Assembly (NCBI GenBank): GCA_001643675.2
Contig: LSRY02000034.1
Location: 310,001-374,000, forward strand
From: Monocercomonoides exilis PA203
Taxonomy: Eukaryota > Protista > Preaxostyla
DNA: 64,000 bases
Direction of reading: 5' to 3'
Below, piece by piece: positions 12,463 through 26,237 of the stretch (position 1 is the stretch's first letter; every line of letters starts with the position of its first letter). A program made the translations under genes and the position numbers. Under the pieces are notes generated by a model. That model saw nothing but the letters and a program-made list of their open reading frames with translations. It was not told where the DNA came from and searched no databases.

Positions 12463-14992
12463 ATGCATAAGGAACAGCAAGTGGAAGAAGAGGAGAACTT
12501 CCCTATCAGATAAAGAAAGACTAATTCTCAGCAATTCTTCCACATCAGCTTCAGACAAGCGTCACCTCCTCTCAGTTACCTCTCTCTTCTCTTTCGCAAT
12601 CTCCCTCTCCTTTTCCCTCTTCTCCGTCATTCACATCAAAAAATTCTCCATCCTTAGTTTTCCTCCCTTTTCCTTCGAATCTCTCTCTCCCACTTCAGAG
12701 TCGTTAACGGGTATCTTTTACTTTTTCTTTTCTCCCCCATCTGGAGCAATTCCTGAGAATTCTACGATGCGAAGTCTATTTTTTTCAAAATTCTTTCTTT
12801 TTTCAAAGGATATTCTTTCATCTTCACCTGCAAATGTCCTCCTTGCTCTGCTTTTGTTACAGCTACCATCTGATTCATCATCGTAGTCATCATCATCTTC
12901 TTCTTCTTCTTATCGTATTTCTTCATTTTTTACATCTTCATAAGGAATAACAGCGGAAAAAAAAAAGAATAGTATTTATGAAGAAATCATCTTCTTCAAA
13001 AAATGAAAAGAAAATTATTTGGTGAATGAAGAGAATGAAGATAAAGAGAAAGATAAATTTATTAAAAACAGAATATTATGAATGGAATTTGGATTTAAAA
13101 AAATTGAAGAGATTTTAAAAGAAAAAAGGATAATATGGAAAAGGAGAAAAGTTGGAAGAGAAGACTTCAACGAGCAGTAAAAGAACGCTAAAACGGAGAA
13201 ATAATCAATTGTTATTTATCTGAATCATTCCGTCTGCTGCTTCTTTTTCATGGGTGTCCTTAAGCACAGCAACAAACAGCAGGGAAGGGATGTAAGATGC
13301 GATGCTTCGGAGAGCTAATCGATGGTTGGGAAGCCACTTGGAAGTGCCAGAGAGTGCGCAGTCGCTTTGTCAAAGCGAGGCAATGTTAATCTCACAAAAG
13401 TTAGAGCTGATGATGATGCTGCAGGCAAAGGCGACATTCGGGACAGGCTGATCTGTTGCAGGTGAACAAGCAGCTGTGGATATGTTCACAGTTGTTCGCC
13501 TCTGAACTGGTCGAAAGAAATGGTAGTGAAGAAGGAGAACATCATGCTGAAGAAGCTTGTTGACTTATTTAAAACAGAAAGATGAAAATAACACGCTGAA
13601 TCATTCAGTGGATAAATAGTGGTGATGAGATGCTCAACGAAGAAGCTGATGCTATTATTGAAAAACCAGCAGAGGCTAGGCAGGATGTAGGGTGGAGAGG
13701 TTGGAGTGGGAGAGGAAGAGGGAGGAGAACACAGCGAGGGACCCATCGAGGAAGGAGAAGAGGGAAGAGTGAGCAGATGCGAATGAGGAGTGAAGGAGAA
13801 GTGGCAGTGGGTGGTGATGCAGGTGTTGAGAAAGGTGACAACAGCAGAGCATCTGAGGAGGAAGACATCCAAATGTATTTAAAAGACGAGGAAGAGGATG
13901 GAAGACAGAGATAGAGAAAGATGAAAAAGTGCAAGTGAAGATTTTCGTTTAATGGAAGCATTTTTTGCGCAAAAAATGAAAATTCACAAATTGTATTGTT
14001 CAATTTTTTAAATAGTGATTTTTTTTTTATTATCATCTGTCACTTCTTTTGACGAATAAATCAACAAAAGTTCTTTTTTGCATTATTTGTTTTAAAATCG
14101 AAATAAACTGCAAACTGTGAATTTCTTGTGAAATATCCTGCATAACAATCATATTTTTGTTTTTGTGTTTTCGATAATTGTTTTTTTCAACATATTTATT
14201 TGGATCTTCTACATCTATTTTGAAATTTCTTTTCAATAACATCATTTAACATTCTTCATTTAAGAAATTGATTTATTGAGTATTGAAACAATCATTATCA
14301 TGCTTCTCAAACAAGATAACTTATGTTTTATAATGTTTATTGAATTTTCGAGTTTTTTTTTTGAAATTATTTTTATTTTATGATATTTGTAATAAAATAA
14401 ATTGGAAACAAATTAAAAACAACAAATAATTAATAATGATAATATTTTAAACTATATTTTTATCAAAATATTAATTAAAATTTTCTAATAAACCCCACCC
14501 TTAATAAAAAATTATTATGATCAAACTTCGTAATTTTTTATGATATCAAAAAAAATCACCCATATACCATCGGTGGAAAATGCGGTAACTTGTGAAAAAT
14601 CCGGTCGTTAGCCGAATCGAATTGTTGAACATTTAAATAATAAATATTCATTTGCTCTTTCACAGAACAATTTGGATTTTGTTTTTTTGAGAGTTTGAGT
14701 GAAACTTGGTTGTATACTATTAAAAAAAATACTTCATTAATTTACAACTTCATTATTTTCCTTTTAAATGAAATGAGAAAATGATGAATTGGAACTGAGT
14801 CACAAAAAACGAAAACAAGCAATCAAATTTTTATGCAGCAAAAAATGATCGTTAATTTTTTATTCAGTTGTGATTTTCCGAATTGAATTCGTCATCTATT
14901 TTTCTCCTTTTGAATGTACGAAGCTGTGTAGTGCACTCAATGCTTTTTGTCTTTTTCCTTTCATAAATATAACTAATTTCCCTCCCGCACTA

Positions 14993-15526
14993 TTAATTAT
15001 CGTCTCTTCTTCTTCTTCTCAATCTAATTTTCTTTTTCTTAACGTCAACTAATTTCTTCAATATCCTTTGTTTATTTTCGTTTTCTTGACTTATTCCAAA
15101 ATTTTCTTCCTTCTTTTCTTTTGGCTCCTTTGCAATTGTCTTGTTTTCTTTGCTTTTTTCTTTCAGTTGTTGTTTTTCCTTTGGAAAAAAATATCCAAAT
15201 ATATCCTTCTTCATATCATTTGAAGAATATTTTGATGAGAACTTTTGAGAAGATGAAAGTTGAACACATTTTGTTAACAGCACAGGATCCACTGCAACCG
15301 GATAAACACCTCTATTCGAAAATGAAGATCTTGTAACTGATGGAGTTGTTGCTGCTGTTAAAGCTTCTAGCAAAGCATCTGCCAAAGCTTTTCTATATGA
15401 AGAAGTTGAAATTTGAGTTGGCCTATCAAAAGAGTTTTGATTTACTTGCTTGAACCTTGCATCCACACAGTTATCGCAAGGTTGCAAAAGGTGAGTCATG
15501 TTTGAAGGGAAAAATTCAACGATGAT
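14993..15526 (-). mobile_element. pogo-type (DDE_1) transposase, C-terminal fragment
   Basis: IIVEFFPSNMTHLLQPCDNCVDARFK matches the pogo P-x-N-x-T-x-x-L-Q-P-x-D motif. Cut off upstream by a MITE end at ~15527. Confidence 0.8.
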
Positions 15527-15600
15527 ATGGGTGATTATTTTTGAAATCATATTTTTTTATTCATAATTTTCGGTTTATAAATCTCCCTTGAATATTTATA
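15526..15600 (+). mobile_element. MITE left end (TGGGTGATT family)
   Basis: ATGGGTGATTATTTTTGAAATCATATTTTTTTATTCATAATTTTCGGTT, near-identical to the left end of the copy at 43893. Confidence 0.8.
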
Positions 15601-16949
15601 AATGGCAAAATTTTTTTGAAAAGTTCATCGAGTTTAATTCTGTCCCACAAAGGATCAAAAATGATCAAAATATTTTGATCATTCCGTTCCCAAAATATTT
15701 ATTGAAATACTTCATGTTGGTTATTTTTCCGCTTATCCAGTAATATTAAGTTTCAGTAAGATAGATTTCATATAAAAATTTAACTTTTTTGTCGAACAAG
15801 CGTAGGTTAATATCCGTTTATCAGTTATTTAAGACAAAACGTGTAATTCATTTATTTTCGTTTTTATCCTTTCATTCATTTGCATAATTATTCTGATTTT
15901 TTGAATTGTTGCTAATTTTTTTTCATTTCACTTTGTTTGGAAAACGAAAAGACAAATAGTTTCTTATCTTGGAATATTTTTTTGTTACTTTTGTTCAAAG
16001 ATAATCCACAACTGCATTGGGAATTAATGCTGAAAAATACGAAAGAAGCTATACTCAAATAACAATTACAGTAATTACAACTGAGAAAACGAATAATAAC
16101 TGTTCATTTTCAACTGAAAAGCACTTTTATTTGAGATGCAAAAAAGCATGCTGTTCTGATTTCAGATTTAAATCCTGAATCAATTCAACAGTCGCTTTTG
16201 TTTCCACATATATTTTTTGCTCATCTTTTCCATTTCTTTTCAATGCAAAGCATAAATAAACTCTGTTTCATCCTTTTTCAAAACTCTCTGATAAATAGCT
16301 TATATGGATAACTGATCCTTTCTGATTTTACCACAAATGTATTCTTTTTCCAACGATGTTCTATCAATTTGTATGGTAGCAAATCTCAAATAATCCTCTT
16401 TCACACTATGAAACGCAATTGTCTTTTCAACGTTTTGTATCTTCTTCGAATTCCCATGTTTCTCTGGAGAAGAATGTCGGTCAGCTTCTCCATTTCGTAG
16501 GCAAAGAAGCGAAGAGAAGACGGTAAAGGATGAGCATCCATCAGCACCATCTTCAGCTCCTGAAATTGATCCTTCAGATGCATTGGTGGAGGAAAAGTCA
16601 AACACGTCGAAAGCAGCGAAGGGCATCAACGATAGGTAGACGCAGATATAAATAATAGAGTCAGCTGAGGTGTCTACGCAGTACATATTTCCATCTGTGC
16701 TCCTGTTTCAATCGCAGCCTGCACCAAAGACACTGAAAATTTACACTCTGACATGGAGTGAGGTGCTGCATAGACCATGTGTTACAGGTTCACAATATGG
16801 TGCTTTAGGCAATGCTTTCGTTTCCACTTGTGGTGACTCTTCCTTCGCTTATTGCGTTAATGGGGGTGAAGTCGGAGCGCAATTTGGTCTTTGCTCCGAA
16901 GGTTGTGAACGCGTTCACAACGTTCGTGATCTGTTTTATCCGTCTTTGC

Positions 16950-17340
16950 TGCCTTTGGTGATTGAGCTGATGTTGATTAACTCGCTACAGTCGAGGAATG
17001 CGGTGCAGATGCTGAGTGAGATATGCGGGAATAACGAGGCACATCTAGCGGAGCTGGAGGTGTAGAAGGAGGGGCTGAGGCAGCAGATTCAGGAGCTGAA
17101 GGAGCAACACGAGAAGGCGAAACAAAGGATGGAGAAGAGGAATTAGGAGTTCAACATGTTGCTGCAAAAGATCTGAGACAACGAGCAGACATCGAAACGG
17201 AAGAGCCGGCGAGAGGAGGAGCTGCAGGAGATGGAGAAGATCAATTAGATGCCTGAGAGGATGATTCTGGAGCTGAGCGAGAAGAATAACTCAGATGCGA
17301 ATGAGCTCTGGAGCAGCTGGAGGAGAACAAAAAGAAGGCG
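16950..17340 (+). pseudogene. Coiled-coil protein fragment with nonsense codons
   Basis: Reads ...AELEV*KEGLRQQIQELKEQHEKAKQRMEKRN*EFNMLLQKI*DNEQ...EMEKIN*MPERMILEL in one frame, with TAG/TGA interruptions. Confidence 0.55.
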
Positions 17341-19148
17341 AGGCTGATTCGTGTGGGGATTGAGAAGGAGAAGAAGTGCTGGGTTCAGCAAGGAGGAGTG
17401 GTGATTGTGGATGGCAAGCTGTTTCTGAAGGGTCTTGTGTGTCGCTTTCCATATCTTCTTCGTTGGACTCATTAAATCGTGGAATGGCTCTGTCTTCGGC
17501 TTTATTGATACTGCCTTCTGAGCTGGATGAAAAGTGCTTGGAGAAGATTGCATCGATTATCAATGACGAAAATGCTGTGATGCTTGGGCTTGACCCGATC
17601 TGGAAAGTGGTTGTTGTGAAAGTGGAGAGTGAGGTGAGTGTTGCGAGAAAAATAAACAGCGATGGTGGAGGAGGTGGTGGAAGAGCAGATGCAACGGTGC
17701 AGCAGAAGATGAACTAGACGGAGAAGGAAAATGAAGATGCTAATGGAACTTCCGAAAGCGAAGGAGCAGACGATCTGAGAGCAGAATGTGCTGTTCGAAG
17801 AGGCGATTGAGAATCAGAAAAAAAGTGATGCAATCAGGAAGGTGATGATCCACGGGGGAGAAGCTATTCTTGTTGAACTTTGCAGAGATTTTGCTGTTTG
17901 GGAGACTTCTGAGGGAGGAGTTCAATGAAGACAAGCTGTCGCTCTTCTTGTTCTTCAGCATCGTGCTTGAAAGTGGAGCGGAGAAGAAGATCAAGATGTT
18001 TTTTGGTGGAGTTCGAGAAGATACAGTCAAAGATGGGAGTTGCATACGCGTCTGTGTCTCTGGGGATTCTGCTGAATAACAACTGGGCAGAAGAAAAAAT
18101 GATGAAAGGAGACGATAATGGAGCTGTATGATGCCATATGTTCTGGTGATGCATTGGCTTTTTCGTCAACGATATTAGGTGCATCACGCACTCGGAGCTG
18201 GAGTCTCTTCTGTGTGTATGTTGTCCGTAGACTCCACAGGCGATGTCGCTGCGGATCTTCCGGGATGCGTACCGGCTGTCGGGCTGCTGTCTGCCGTCGT
18301 TTGCGTCTGTGCTGGAGGCGTGCCAGCGCAACGACTTCTTCACGCTGTGCCTGCGGCTGCCGGATGTGTGCGACGCAGCTGACCGGCGGCTCCTCTGACG
18401 GCGTCTGAGAACTGCGCAGTTGTGAAGACGGTGAGCACGCGCCTGGCACTGCTGAAGCCGGAGCTGGACGATCGGGTGCGGGTGCAATCGGGGGTGTTGG
18501 CAGGGGTGTCGGCAGGGGTTTTGACAGGGGCAGGGCTGAAGCGGAGGGTGGAGGCGATGCATTCGGCGGTGGTGAAGAAAGAAGGGAGGCGGGCGCTGTT
18601 GTGCGTGGTGCGACTGCTGGTTGAGCTGGCGGGGCTGCAGCTGGAGAGGAACGAAGTGGAAGGGGTTATCTGCTTTGGGCTGCTGCTGGTGGACGGGCAG
18701 CATGTGGTGCAGTTCCACGACACAAAAACATTGTGCTGGAAGTGAGAAGGAGCCAATATCTTGTCATATTTAGTCATTATCTTCTTCTTTTACTTCGTCA
18801 GTATAGCACGAGAAGGCTCCGAGAAATAAAGAGATGGTGATCAACAATATGCTGCTGTTCGTCGAGTGTGCATAAGATGCAATCGACCTTTCGATTTCAC
18901 TAATGACAAGTTCATCGGAGTTATCATCTTCTTTTCCTTTTTTATCCTCATATATCTCCTGTATCTTGTTGTATTCATTTTCTTTCAAAAAGCTTTTTGA
19001 AAGAAATAAATATACAGTTAACACTGAGAATATAACTGTTTTTTCAAAATTATTCTGAATAGAACGTTTTAAAGATGAAGTTGAAAAAGGAGAATGCGAA
19101 GGCGAAGGAGGAGGAGGAGGAAAAGAAGAAGAAGAAGAGGAAGAAAAA

Positions 19149-22100
19149 GAAGGTGAAGGTGAAGGTGAAGGTGAAGGTGAAGGTGAAGGTGAAGGTGAAG
19201 GTGAAGGTGAAGGTGAAGGTGAAGGTGAAGGTGAAGGTGAAGGTGAAGGTGAAGGTGAAGGTGAAGGTGAAGGTGAAGGTGAAGGTGAAGGTGAAGGTGA
19301 AGGTGAAGGTGAAGGTGAAGGTGAAGGTGAAGGTGAAGGTGAAGGTGAAGGTGAAGGTGAAGGTGAAGGTGAAGGTGAAGGTGAAGGTGAAGGTGAAGGT
19401 GAAGGTGAAGGTGAAGGTGAAGGTGAAGGTGAAGGTGAAGGTGAAGGTGAAGGTGAAGGTGAAGGTGAAGGTGAAGGTGAAGGTGAAGGTGAAGGTGAAG
19501 GTGAAGGTGAAGGTGAAGGTGAAGGTGAAGGTGAAGGTGAAGGTGAAGGTGAAGGTGAAGGTGAAGGTGAAGGTGAAGGTGAAGGTGAAGGTGAAGGTGA
19601 AGGTGAAGGTGAAGGTGAAGGTGAAGGTGAAGGTGAAGGTGAAGGTGAAGGTGAAGGTGAAGGTGAAGGTGAAGGTGAAGGTGAAGGTGAAGGTGAAGGT
19701 GAAGGTGAAGGTGAAGGTGAAGGTGAAGGTGAAGGTGAAGGTGAAGGTGAAGGTGAAGGTGAAGGTGAAGGTGAAGGTGAAGGTGAAGGTGAAGGTGAAG
19801 GTGAAGGTGAAGGTGAAGGTGAAGGTGAAGGTGAAGGTGAAGGTGAAGGTGAAGGTGAAGGTGAAGGTGAAGGTGAAGGTGAAGGTGAAGGTGAAGGTGA
19901 AGGTGAAGGTGAAGGTGAAGGTGAAGGTGAAGGTGAAGGTGAAGGTGAAGGTGAAGGTGAAGGTGAAGGTGAAGGTGAAGGTGAAGGTGAAGGTGAAGGT
20001 GAAGGTGAAGGTGAAGGTGAAGGTGAAGGTGAAGGTGAAGGTGAAGGTGAAGGTGAAGGTGAAGGTGAAGGTGAAGGTGAAGGTGAAGGTGAAGGTGAAG
20101 GTGAAGGTGAAGGTGAAGGTGAAGGTGAAGGTGAAGGTGAAGGTGAAGGTGAAGGTGAAGGTGAAGGTGAAGGTGAAGGTGAAGGTGAAGGTGAAGGTGA
20201 AGGTGAAGGTGAAGGTGAAGGTGAAGGTGAAGGTGAAGGTGAAGGTGAAGGTGAAGGTGAAGGTGAAGGTGAAGGTGAAGGTGAAGGTGAGAAGGTGAAG
20301 GTGAAGGTGAAGGTGAAGGTGAAGGTGAAGGTGAAGGTGAAGGTGAAGGTGAAGGTGAAGGTGAAGGTGAAGGTGAAGGTGAAGGTGAAGGTGAAGGTGA
20401 AGGTGAAGGTGAAGGTGAAGGTGAAGGTGAAGGTGAAGGTGAAGGTGAAGGTGAAGGTGAAGGTGAAGGTGAAGGTGAAGGTGAAGGTGAAGGTGAAGGT
20501 GAAGGTGAAGGTGAAGGTGAAGGTGAAGGTGAAGGTGAAGGTGAAGGTGAAGGTGAAGAAGGTGAAGGTGAAGGTGAAGGTGAAGGTGAAGGTGAAGGTG
20601 AAGGTGAAGGTGAAGGTGAAGGTGAAGGTGAAGGTGAAGGTGAAGGTGAAGGTGAAGGTGAAGGTGAAGGTGAAGGTGAAGGTGAAGGTGAAGGTGAAGG
20701 TGAAGGTGAAGGTGAAGGTGAAGGTGAAGGTGAAGGTGAAGGTGAAGGTGAAGGTGAAGGTGAAGGTGAAGGTGAAGGTGAAGGTGAAGGTGAAGGTGAA
20801 GGTGAAGGTGAAGGTGAAGGTGAAGGTGAAGGTGAAGGTGAAGGTGAAGGTGAAGGTGAAGGTGAAGGTGAAGGTGAAGGTGAAGGTGAAGGTGAAGGTG
20901 AAGGTGAAGGTGAAGGTGAAGGTGAAGGTGAAGGTGAAGGTGAAGGTGAAGGTGAAGGTGAAGGTGAAGGTGAAGGTGAAGGTGAAGGTGAAGGTGAAGG
21001 TGAAGGTGAAGGTGAAGGTGAAGGTGAAGGTGAAGGTGAAGGTGAAGGTGAAGGTGAAGGTGAAGGTGAAGGTGAAGGTGAAGGTGAAGGTGAAGGTGAA
21101 GGTGAAGGTGAAGGTGAAGGTGAAGGTGAAGGTGAAGGTGAAGGTGAAGGTGAAGGTGAAGGTGAAGGTGAAGGTGAAGGTGAAGGTGAAGGTGAAGGTG
21201 AAGGTGAAGGTGAAGGTGAAGGTGAAGGTGAAGGTGAAGGTGAAGGTGAAGGTGAAGGTGAAGGTGAAGGTGAAGGTGAAGGTGAAGGTGAAGGTGAAGG
21301 TGAAGGTGAAGGTGAAGGTGAAGGTGAAGGTGAAGGTGAAGGTGAAGGTGAAGGTGAAGGTGAAGGTGAAGGTGAAGGTGAAGGTGAAGGTGAAGGTGAA
21401 GGTGAAGGTGAAGGTGAAGGTGAAGGTGAAGGTGAAGGTGAAGGTGAAGGTGAAGGTGAAGGTGAAGGTGAAGGTGAAGGTGAAGGTGAAGGTGAAGGTG
21501 AAGGTGAAGGTGAAGAAGGTGAAGGTGAAGGTGAAGGTGAAGGTGAAGGTGAAGGTGAAGGTGAAGGTGAAGGTGAAGGTGAAGGTGAAGGTGAAGGTGA
21601 AGGTGAAGGAGAAGGTGAAGGTGAAGGTGAAGGTGAAGGTGAAGGTGAAGGTGAAGGTGAAGGTGAAGGTGAAGGTGAAGGTGAAGGTGAAGGTGAAGGT
21701 GAAGGTGAAGGTGAAGGTGAAGGTGAAGGTGAAGGTGAAGGTGAAGGTGAAGGTGAAGGTGAAGGTGAAGGTGAAGGTGAAGGTGAAGGTGAAGGTGAAG
21801 GTGAAGGTGAAGGTGAAGGTGAAGGTGAAGGTGAAGGTGAAGGTGAAGGTGAAGGTGAAGGTGAAGGTGAAGGTGAAGGTGAAGGTGAAGGTGAAGGTGA
21901 AGGTGAAGGTGAAGGTGAAGGTGAAGGTGAAGGTGAAGGTGAAGGTGAAGGTGAAGGTGAAGGTGAAGGTGAAGGTGAAGGTGAAGGTGAAGGTGAAGGT
22001 GAAGGTGAAGGTGAAGGTGAAGGTGAAGGTGAAGGTGAAGGTGAAGGTGAAGGTGAAGGTGAAGGTGAAGGTGAAGGTGAAGGTGAAGGTGAAGGTGAAG

Positions 22101-23506
22101 GTGAAGGTGAAGGTGAAGGTGAAGGTGAAGGTGAAGGTGAAGGTGAAGGTGAAGGTGAAGGTGAAGGTGAAGGTGAAGGTGAAGGTGAAGGTGAAGGTGA
22201 AGGTGAAGGTGAAGGTGAAGGTGAAGGTGAAGGTGAAGGTGAAGGTGAAGGTGAAGGTGAAGGTGAAGGTGAAGGTGAAGGTGAAGGTGAAGGTGAAGGT
22301 GAAGGTGAAGGTGAAGGTGAAGGTGAAGGTGAAGGTGAAGGTGAAGGTGAAGGTGAAGGTGAAGGTGAAGGTGAAGGTGAAGGTGAAGGTGAAGGTGAAG
22401 GTGAAGGTGAAGGTGAAGGTGAAGGTGAAGGTGAAGGTGAAGGTGAAGGTGAAGGTGAAGGTGAAGGTGAAGGTGAAGGTGAAGGTGAAGGTGAAGGTGA
22501 AGGTGAAGGTGAAGGTGAAGGTGAAGGTGAAGGAGAAGGTGAAGGTGAAGGTGAAGGTGAAGGTGAAGGTGAAGGTGAAGGTGAAGGTGAAGGTGAAGGT
22601 GAAGGTGAAGGTGAAGGTGAAGGTGAAGGTGAAGGTGAAGGTGAAGGTGAAGGTGAAGGTGAAGGTGAAGGTGAAGGTGAAGGTGAAGGTGAAGGTGAAG
22701 GTGAAGGTGAAGGTGAAGGTGAAGGTGAAGGTGAAGGTGAAGGTGAAGGTGAAGGTGAAGGTGAAGGTGAAGGTGAAGGTGAAGGTGAAGGTGAAGGTGA
22801 AGGTGAAGGTGAAGGTGAAGGTGAAGGTGAAGGTGAAGGTGAAGGTGAAGGTGAAGGTGAAGGTGAAGGTGAAGGTGAAGGTGAAGGTGAAGGTGAAGGT
22901 GAAGGTGAAGGTGAAGGTGAAGGTGAAGGTGAAGGTGAAGGTGAAGGTGAAGGTGAAGGTGAAGGTGAAGGTGAAGGTGAAGGTGAAGGTGAAGGTGAAG
23001 GTGAAGGTGAAGGTGAAGGTGAAGGTGAAGGTGAAGGTGAAGGTGAAGGTGAAGGTGAAGGTGAAGGTGAAGGTGAAGGTGAAGGTGAAGGTGAAGGTGA
23101 AGGTGAAGGTGAAGGTGAAGGTGAAGGTGAAGGTGAAGGTGAAGGTGAAGGTGAAGGTGAAGGTGAAGGTGAAGGTGAAGGTGAAGGTGAAGGTGAAGGT
23201 GAAGGTGAAGGTGAAGGTGAAGGTGAAGGTGAAGGTGAAGGTGAAGGTGAAGGTGAAGGTGAAGGTGAAGGTGAAGGTGAAGGTGAAGGTGAAGGTGAAG
23301 GTGAAGGTGAAGGTGAAGGTGAAGGTGAAGGTGAAGGTGAAGGTGAAGGTGAAGGTGAAGGTGAAGGTGAAGGTGAAGGTGAAGGTGAAGGTGAAGGTGA
23401 AGGTGAAGGTGAAGGTGAAGGTGAAGGTGAAGGTGAAGGTGAAGGTGAAGGTGAAGGTGAAGGTGAAGGTGAAGGTGAAGGTGAAGGTGAAGGTGAAGGT
23501 GAAGGT
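19149..23506. repeat. (GAAGGT)n hexamer array, ~4.36 kb, ~725 units
   Basis: Directly visible. Interruptions only near 20290, 20557, 21514, 21610 and 22534. Confidence 0.99.
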
Positions 23507-23519
23507 GAAAGTGAAGGAG

Positions 23520-23897
23520 GAAAAGAAGAAGAAAAGAAGAAATCGATGATTGTGATGATGAATTAGAAAAAGAGAAATCAACAAACGAAAGAGAAAGTTG
23601 ACCATTTTCTTCGAAGGTAATAAAACTTTCAGAGTTAGAAAACGACTGCCCAAAGTTGAATTTCAATCTCTCAATTCGAACATTCTCGGAAGTTGTGAGA
23701 ATACTGCCCTCATTGCCAGAAATGATTGAGTTCAGATAAACAAAAGCAACTGAGGAAGATTGCAATGAGCGGATGGTCACACCAAGAACATAACACTTCC
23801 CAACAATTTCTGTTTGCTCCAAGATCAACAGCTGCGAGTACAGAGGAGGAATGATGTGTTGAACTCCAACATCAAATGAACAACAGGGTGCCATCAA
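23520..23897 (-). pseudogene. Fragment of host repeat-protein family running into the hexamer array
   Basis: EQTEIVGKCYVLGVTIRSLQSSSVAFVYLNS...VRIERLKFNFGQSFSNSESFITFEENGQLSLSFVDF is protein-like and similar in style to the 41.9-43.6 kb family. Confidence 0.45.
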
Positions 23898-24445
23898 CTC
23901 TCTTCATTGCTAGCTGTCTCCATGATTCTCTGAAATTTATGATACAAACATCGTCTCAATCTGGCATTTCACAACCATCAGCAGAAATCTTCTTCATCCT
24001 CTTATGAATCTGTCGTTGATTTATATATCGCAAGTTCTTTCTTAAAAGGCGCTCAGAAATCTGCTTCAAATTTGAAACGCAAAAAAAGAAATAATTAAAA
24101 TTAATTATACGTTTTGAAAAACAAATAGCCAAATTCTGAGCATTGAAAAATTCCAATAAAATAAAAACTTAAATAATAATCGGTGTTTTTGTTAATTCTA
24201 AAAAATAATCGATATATACCATATACAATTCACAATGCAGCAATTGATTGATGGTTCAAGCAAATGTAACTCCTTTTCATTGCGAAACTGATATTTTGAT
24301 TTTGATCAAAAAATATGATACATTATTTTTTGATTCGGAATATTTCTTTCCATAAAGAGGTTTGTAATGAACTGATAAGCATTATAGTGAATTTTTTCGT
24401 TTTTGATGAGAATAATGGTAACGGAATGATAAATAATTAACTTCC

Positions 24446-24682
24446 ATGGGTCAATTTTTTGATCTGATGTCACTTTTCAAAAAAATTTAGCCAAATGAAC
24501 ACAAAAAAAAGTCAAATTGTATGTTTGAGACATCTTCATCTTTATTTCTGCAAAAACATTTGTATTTGAAACAGTTGTGATAGTTTCAATATTTGAATTC
24601 GAAATCTCTTCCCAATAACAAACAATCTTTGAAAAATCAACACCCCGAAAAAAGATATGATTTCAAAAATAATCACCCATAT
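24446..24682 (+). mobile_element. MITE copy
   Basis: Right end CCCCGAAAAAAGATATGATTTCAAAAATAATCACCCATA; degenerate left end ATGGGTCAATTTTTTGAT. Confidence 0.7.
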
Positions 24683-24829
24683 TTCTTTGTTCCGAGAATG
24701 CAATCACTTCTGAATCGAAGTGAGTTCGGTGATTATCCAAAAAAAGTCACGCTTTTTTCGAAGATGAGAGTTTAAGCTTATTTGCAATTAATGGAAGCCA
24801 TATCTTAGTCATTATCCTTCGAAACAATT

Positions 24830-25313
24830 CGGTAGTTATCCATCCAGATGAAGACTCCACACAAGATACATTTATAAAAAATATATTAGAGATCTCTTAT
24901 TGAATCTTTTTTCGAGTATATATTAGAATATGAGGAATATGTGACCCGTCCGCGCAAATGCACACACAAACAGTTGCATTTTCCATTTTTGGCAATGAAG
25001 ATGGGGAAGGAGGGGATTTGTTTTTCAAATAGACTACTAGTATTTCTGTTCCATCACCGACACGAACTGAAGATTCGTCAAAATTGTAAATGTCAGCCTC
25101 ATAAATACTATTGACTTTGATGATGGATGACAACTTTTCGAGCCATAAATGAATTGCTTCCGGAGATTATACGTTAATTTCTGCATTTTCCATAGGCTTG
25201 GATATTGAAGTTCTTAAAATTGAACTTTTTTCGATCAAATCATGCGCATATTTAGAGTTGACTTTATTTCTTTTTGCTTTGCTTTCGCAATCTGTATTCA
25301 ATATGTCTTGGAT
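24830..25313 (-). mobile_element. pogo-type transposase, N-terminal/middle fragment
   Basis: IYNFDESSV (first catalytic D) and ENATVCVCICADGSHIPHILIY. Possible 5' TIR (CAGTTCAAACCGGCTACAATCACATCGG on the minus strand) near 25850-25877. Confidence 0.75.
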
Positions 25314-26237
25314 CTACAATATGGGTAATTCTTTTTAAAAAGTCGATAATGTTTAATTTTTGAATAAATCAAAAATTTCATATTTCAATCAAGTTTCTGT
25401 TCCCGCTCATGCAACTTATCAAAAATGGAATTAAAAACATTGAAAAAATATTGATTTCATGACAGCGGAATTTGGTGAGTAGGTACAGAAATTTGATTTA
25501 AATATGTTATTTTTTATATGTTGGTATATTAAACTAAACGAACTTTTCAAAAAAATTTTAACACATTTTTTTTTCATTATGGGTGATTTTTTCGTTGAAA
25601 AATCGATTTTTTGATCGAAAATTTCAATTTTTGCTTTGTCAAAAATGTGCACAAATAAGTCAAAATGATATGTATTTATAATAAAAATTATAACCGCAAA
25701 TGAGAAATGCGTTTTTGTGAAGAATTTCCAAAAATGAAAAAAATTGACACAAAATAAATTATTTCAAAAATTTAATTTAATTTTTTTCTGTGCAAAGTCA
25801 CATTGGTTATCATCACAATCGGATATGGTCACAAAAAGTTATGCAAAAACCGATGTGATTGTAGCCGGTTTGAACTGTTGAATAAAAACATCATATTTTC
25901 ATCAATTTTATGTTTTCACTCATGAAATTTCACTGAAAAGAAAGTGTGTGCTCAACAATGTTTTTATTTCCATTAAAGTTTTGATTTATCAGTGGGAATC
26001 GAAATTTGATGAAAATATGAATTTTTTATTTCATTTGAAAATTACACAAAAAGGACGTTTTCAAAAAAAATAAAACCGGAATTTAGAATTTTCTCTCTTT
26101 TAAGAATAAAACATTGGAGACTTCTAAAAAAGAATGATTTATATGAAAAATATTTTGTTGAATGTCTTTTTATTTCCTTTATAAGAATAACTAAAAACAA
26201 AGATATGATTTCATGTTTAATCACAAATACAGGAATA

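Noticed and set aside
18770-23897. ORFs of 400-1,600 aa (poly-FT, HL, SP, KV)
   Set aside because: By-products of the stop-free hexamer array; no evidence they are genes.
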